Part shown: positions 18,271 through 20,000 of the stretch, piece by piece
How positions within the stretch are numbered: the first letter of the stretch is position 1
How the letters are laid out: each line of letters opens with the position of its first letter
DNA from: Catajapyx aquilonaris
Taxonomy: Eukaryota
DNA: 20,000 nucleotides
Assembly (NCBI GenBank): GCA_000934665.2
Contig: JYFJ02000087.1
Span: 170,828-190,827 of the forward strand
Direction of reading: 5' to 3'
Notes under the pieces: model-generated
What the model saw: only the letters and a program-made list of their open reading frames with translations
Database searches by the model: none
Told to the model about the DNA's origin: nothing
Program-made: the position numbers and the translations under genes

Positions 18271-20000
18271 TTGGAGAAAAGACTAAAAAACTCCGAGGTT
18301 CGACTTTCCATTGTTAATGTAAGAGGGATTCATAATAAGTGTGATATTGTTAGGAAAGCATTTGTTGATGCTCGTTTAGATATAATGTGCTTGTCTGAGA
18401 CCAAGAAGAAGGGGTGTTCAGTGGGTGATTTCAATGGGCTAACAGGTTTCTGGTCTGGTGTAGATGAAAGGGAGAGGGCTTGTGCAGGTGTTGGTATACT
18501 TATTAGTCCTAAGCTGGTGCACTGTGTGAAAGGATATAGTCAGGTTAGTGAGAGAATAATGTGGGTGAGTCTGAAGGTGGTTAAGACTTGGATTGTGGTT
18601 GTGGCTGTGTATGCACCAGTTGACTCATCTTCGGATGAGGATAAGGAGAGGTTCTGGGATAGCTTAAGTGCTGTGTTGGATGGGTTCAATGGTAATGACA
18701 GGATAATTCTTGCAGGGGATTTTAATTCTTGGGTGGGTGTCTCTCGCCCGGGGTATGAGGGAGTGTTGGGTCGTTATGGGGATGTCAGGGTTAATGGAAA
18801 TGGTGTGAGTTTATTGGATTTATGTGTAGAGAGGGGACTTTATGTGTCTAATACTGTGTTTCCACACAAACGGATTCATCAGTATACTTGGGAGAATAGG
18901 TCATTAGGTCAGAAGTCCTTGATTGACTTTGTAGTGATAGATAATACTGTAGGTTGAGGTCAAAGGTAGTTGATGCTAAGGTGGTTAGAGGTGTAGATGT
19001 TGGTTCTGACCATTACCTGGTTGTCTCTAGGTTAAGGTTAGGTATTGGATGGAGGATGTTTAAGAAAAAACCTGAGGTGGTTGAGAGGATTAAGGTTGAG
19101 CAACTTCCTGCATTCGGTTTGGAATATCAACAGCTAGTTTCTGATAGATTGATAGAAGGGAACAAGACAGCTAAGTCCTTAGAAGAGGGTTGGGATTGTT
19201 TCAAGTCCTCCTTAGTGAGTAGTGCTGTTGATATTTGTGGTATGGCTAAGGTGGGTTGTAAGAAGGGGGATCGTTGGTGGAACGAGGAGGTGGCTAGGGC
19301 AGTTAATCGTAAGAAGGAGGCTTACTTAGGAATGCTGCAGGGTAGTGTCCCTGCAGGGGAGTATAGGTTTTGGAAGCGGGAGGCAGCACGGGTTGTTAGG
19401 GAGAGTAAGAAGCGGGTAGATCTAGAGGAGAGTGAGAGGCTGGAGAAGGCCTTCAAGGAGGATGAGAAGTCTTTTTGGAAGACTGTTAGGAGGTTAAGAA
19501 CTGGCCATGGGGTTAGCGTAGTGGGTGTGAAGGATAAGAAGGGTGACATGCTGTGGGATGGAGGAGAGGCGAAAGGGCGCTGGGGAGAGTATTTTAAGGA
19601 CTTGCTGTCAGCAAGTGATAAGGCCAGTGTAGATGTATCTGTTAGCTTAATTGGGGATGTTGTATCAGCAATCAGGTAATGATGGTTGTGGGGATATTGT
19701 TAAGAAGGAAGTTGCAGCTGCTGCTTTAGGACTTAAACTAGGTAAATCCCCTGGGGTTGATGCTATTTCTTCGGAAATGGTGAGGTGTGGCGGGGGTGAT
19801 GTAGTTACTTTTTTGACTAATTTATGTAGGGTTTCTTTTGATAATGGTGTAGTTCCTAGGGATTGGAGGGATGCTATTATAGTACCTCTGTATAAGGGTG
19901 AGGGAGATGTGTGTGACTGCAAGAATTATCGTGGCATTAGTTTGTTAAGTGTACCAGGGAAAGTGTATGCTAAGGTTTTGATAGAAAGAGTTAAGAGGGT
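18271..20000 (+). mobile_element. RTE-clade non-LTR retrotransposon (APE endonuclease plus start of RT), frameshifted, truncated by the window end
   Basis: APE motifs NVRG, CLSETK, VYAP, LAGDFN, IDFV and VGSDH are present, with a frameshift near 18950. The linker contains RWWNEEV and FWKTVR. After a second frameshift near 19670 comes the RT N-terminus GKSPGVDAISSEM...VPRDWRDAIIVPLYKGEGDVCDCKNYRGISLLSVPGKVYAKVL, typical of RTE/BovB-like LINEs. Confidence 0.93.

Overview
Eukaryotic, most likely arthropod, gene-dense window with short GT-AG introns; there are no prokaryotic features. Five spliced genes can be reconstructed by hand: a typical AQP11/12-like superaquaporin (+, 923-2759, CPY/NPV motifs); an adjacent, intact but very divergent tandem paralog (+, 3064-4389) whose two NPA boxes have become SPA and HPI; aladin/AAAS (-, 10176-6779); a PXYLP1/ACPL2-like histidine phosphatase (+, ~10587-12160) head-to-head with AAAS; and the mitochondrial 2-oxoglutarate/malate carrier SLC25A11 (-, 17351-14661). 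Spacers and introns carry several MITEs (Tc1/mariner-, PIF/Harbinger- and piggyBac-type ends), a tRNA-derived SINE, a decayed mariner, and a frameshifted RTE-clade LINE running off the right edge. The two best leads are the asparagine-free aquaporin paralog with a reciprocal charge swap, and a 271-bp TSD-flanked retroposon whose 5' half folds into a compact multi-helix, possibly pseudoknotted RNA resembling RTE 5' ends (candidate ribozyme or structured RNA). Family assignments come from remembered motifs, not database searches.
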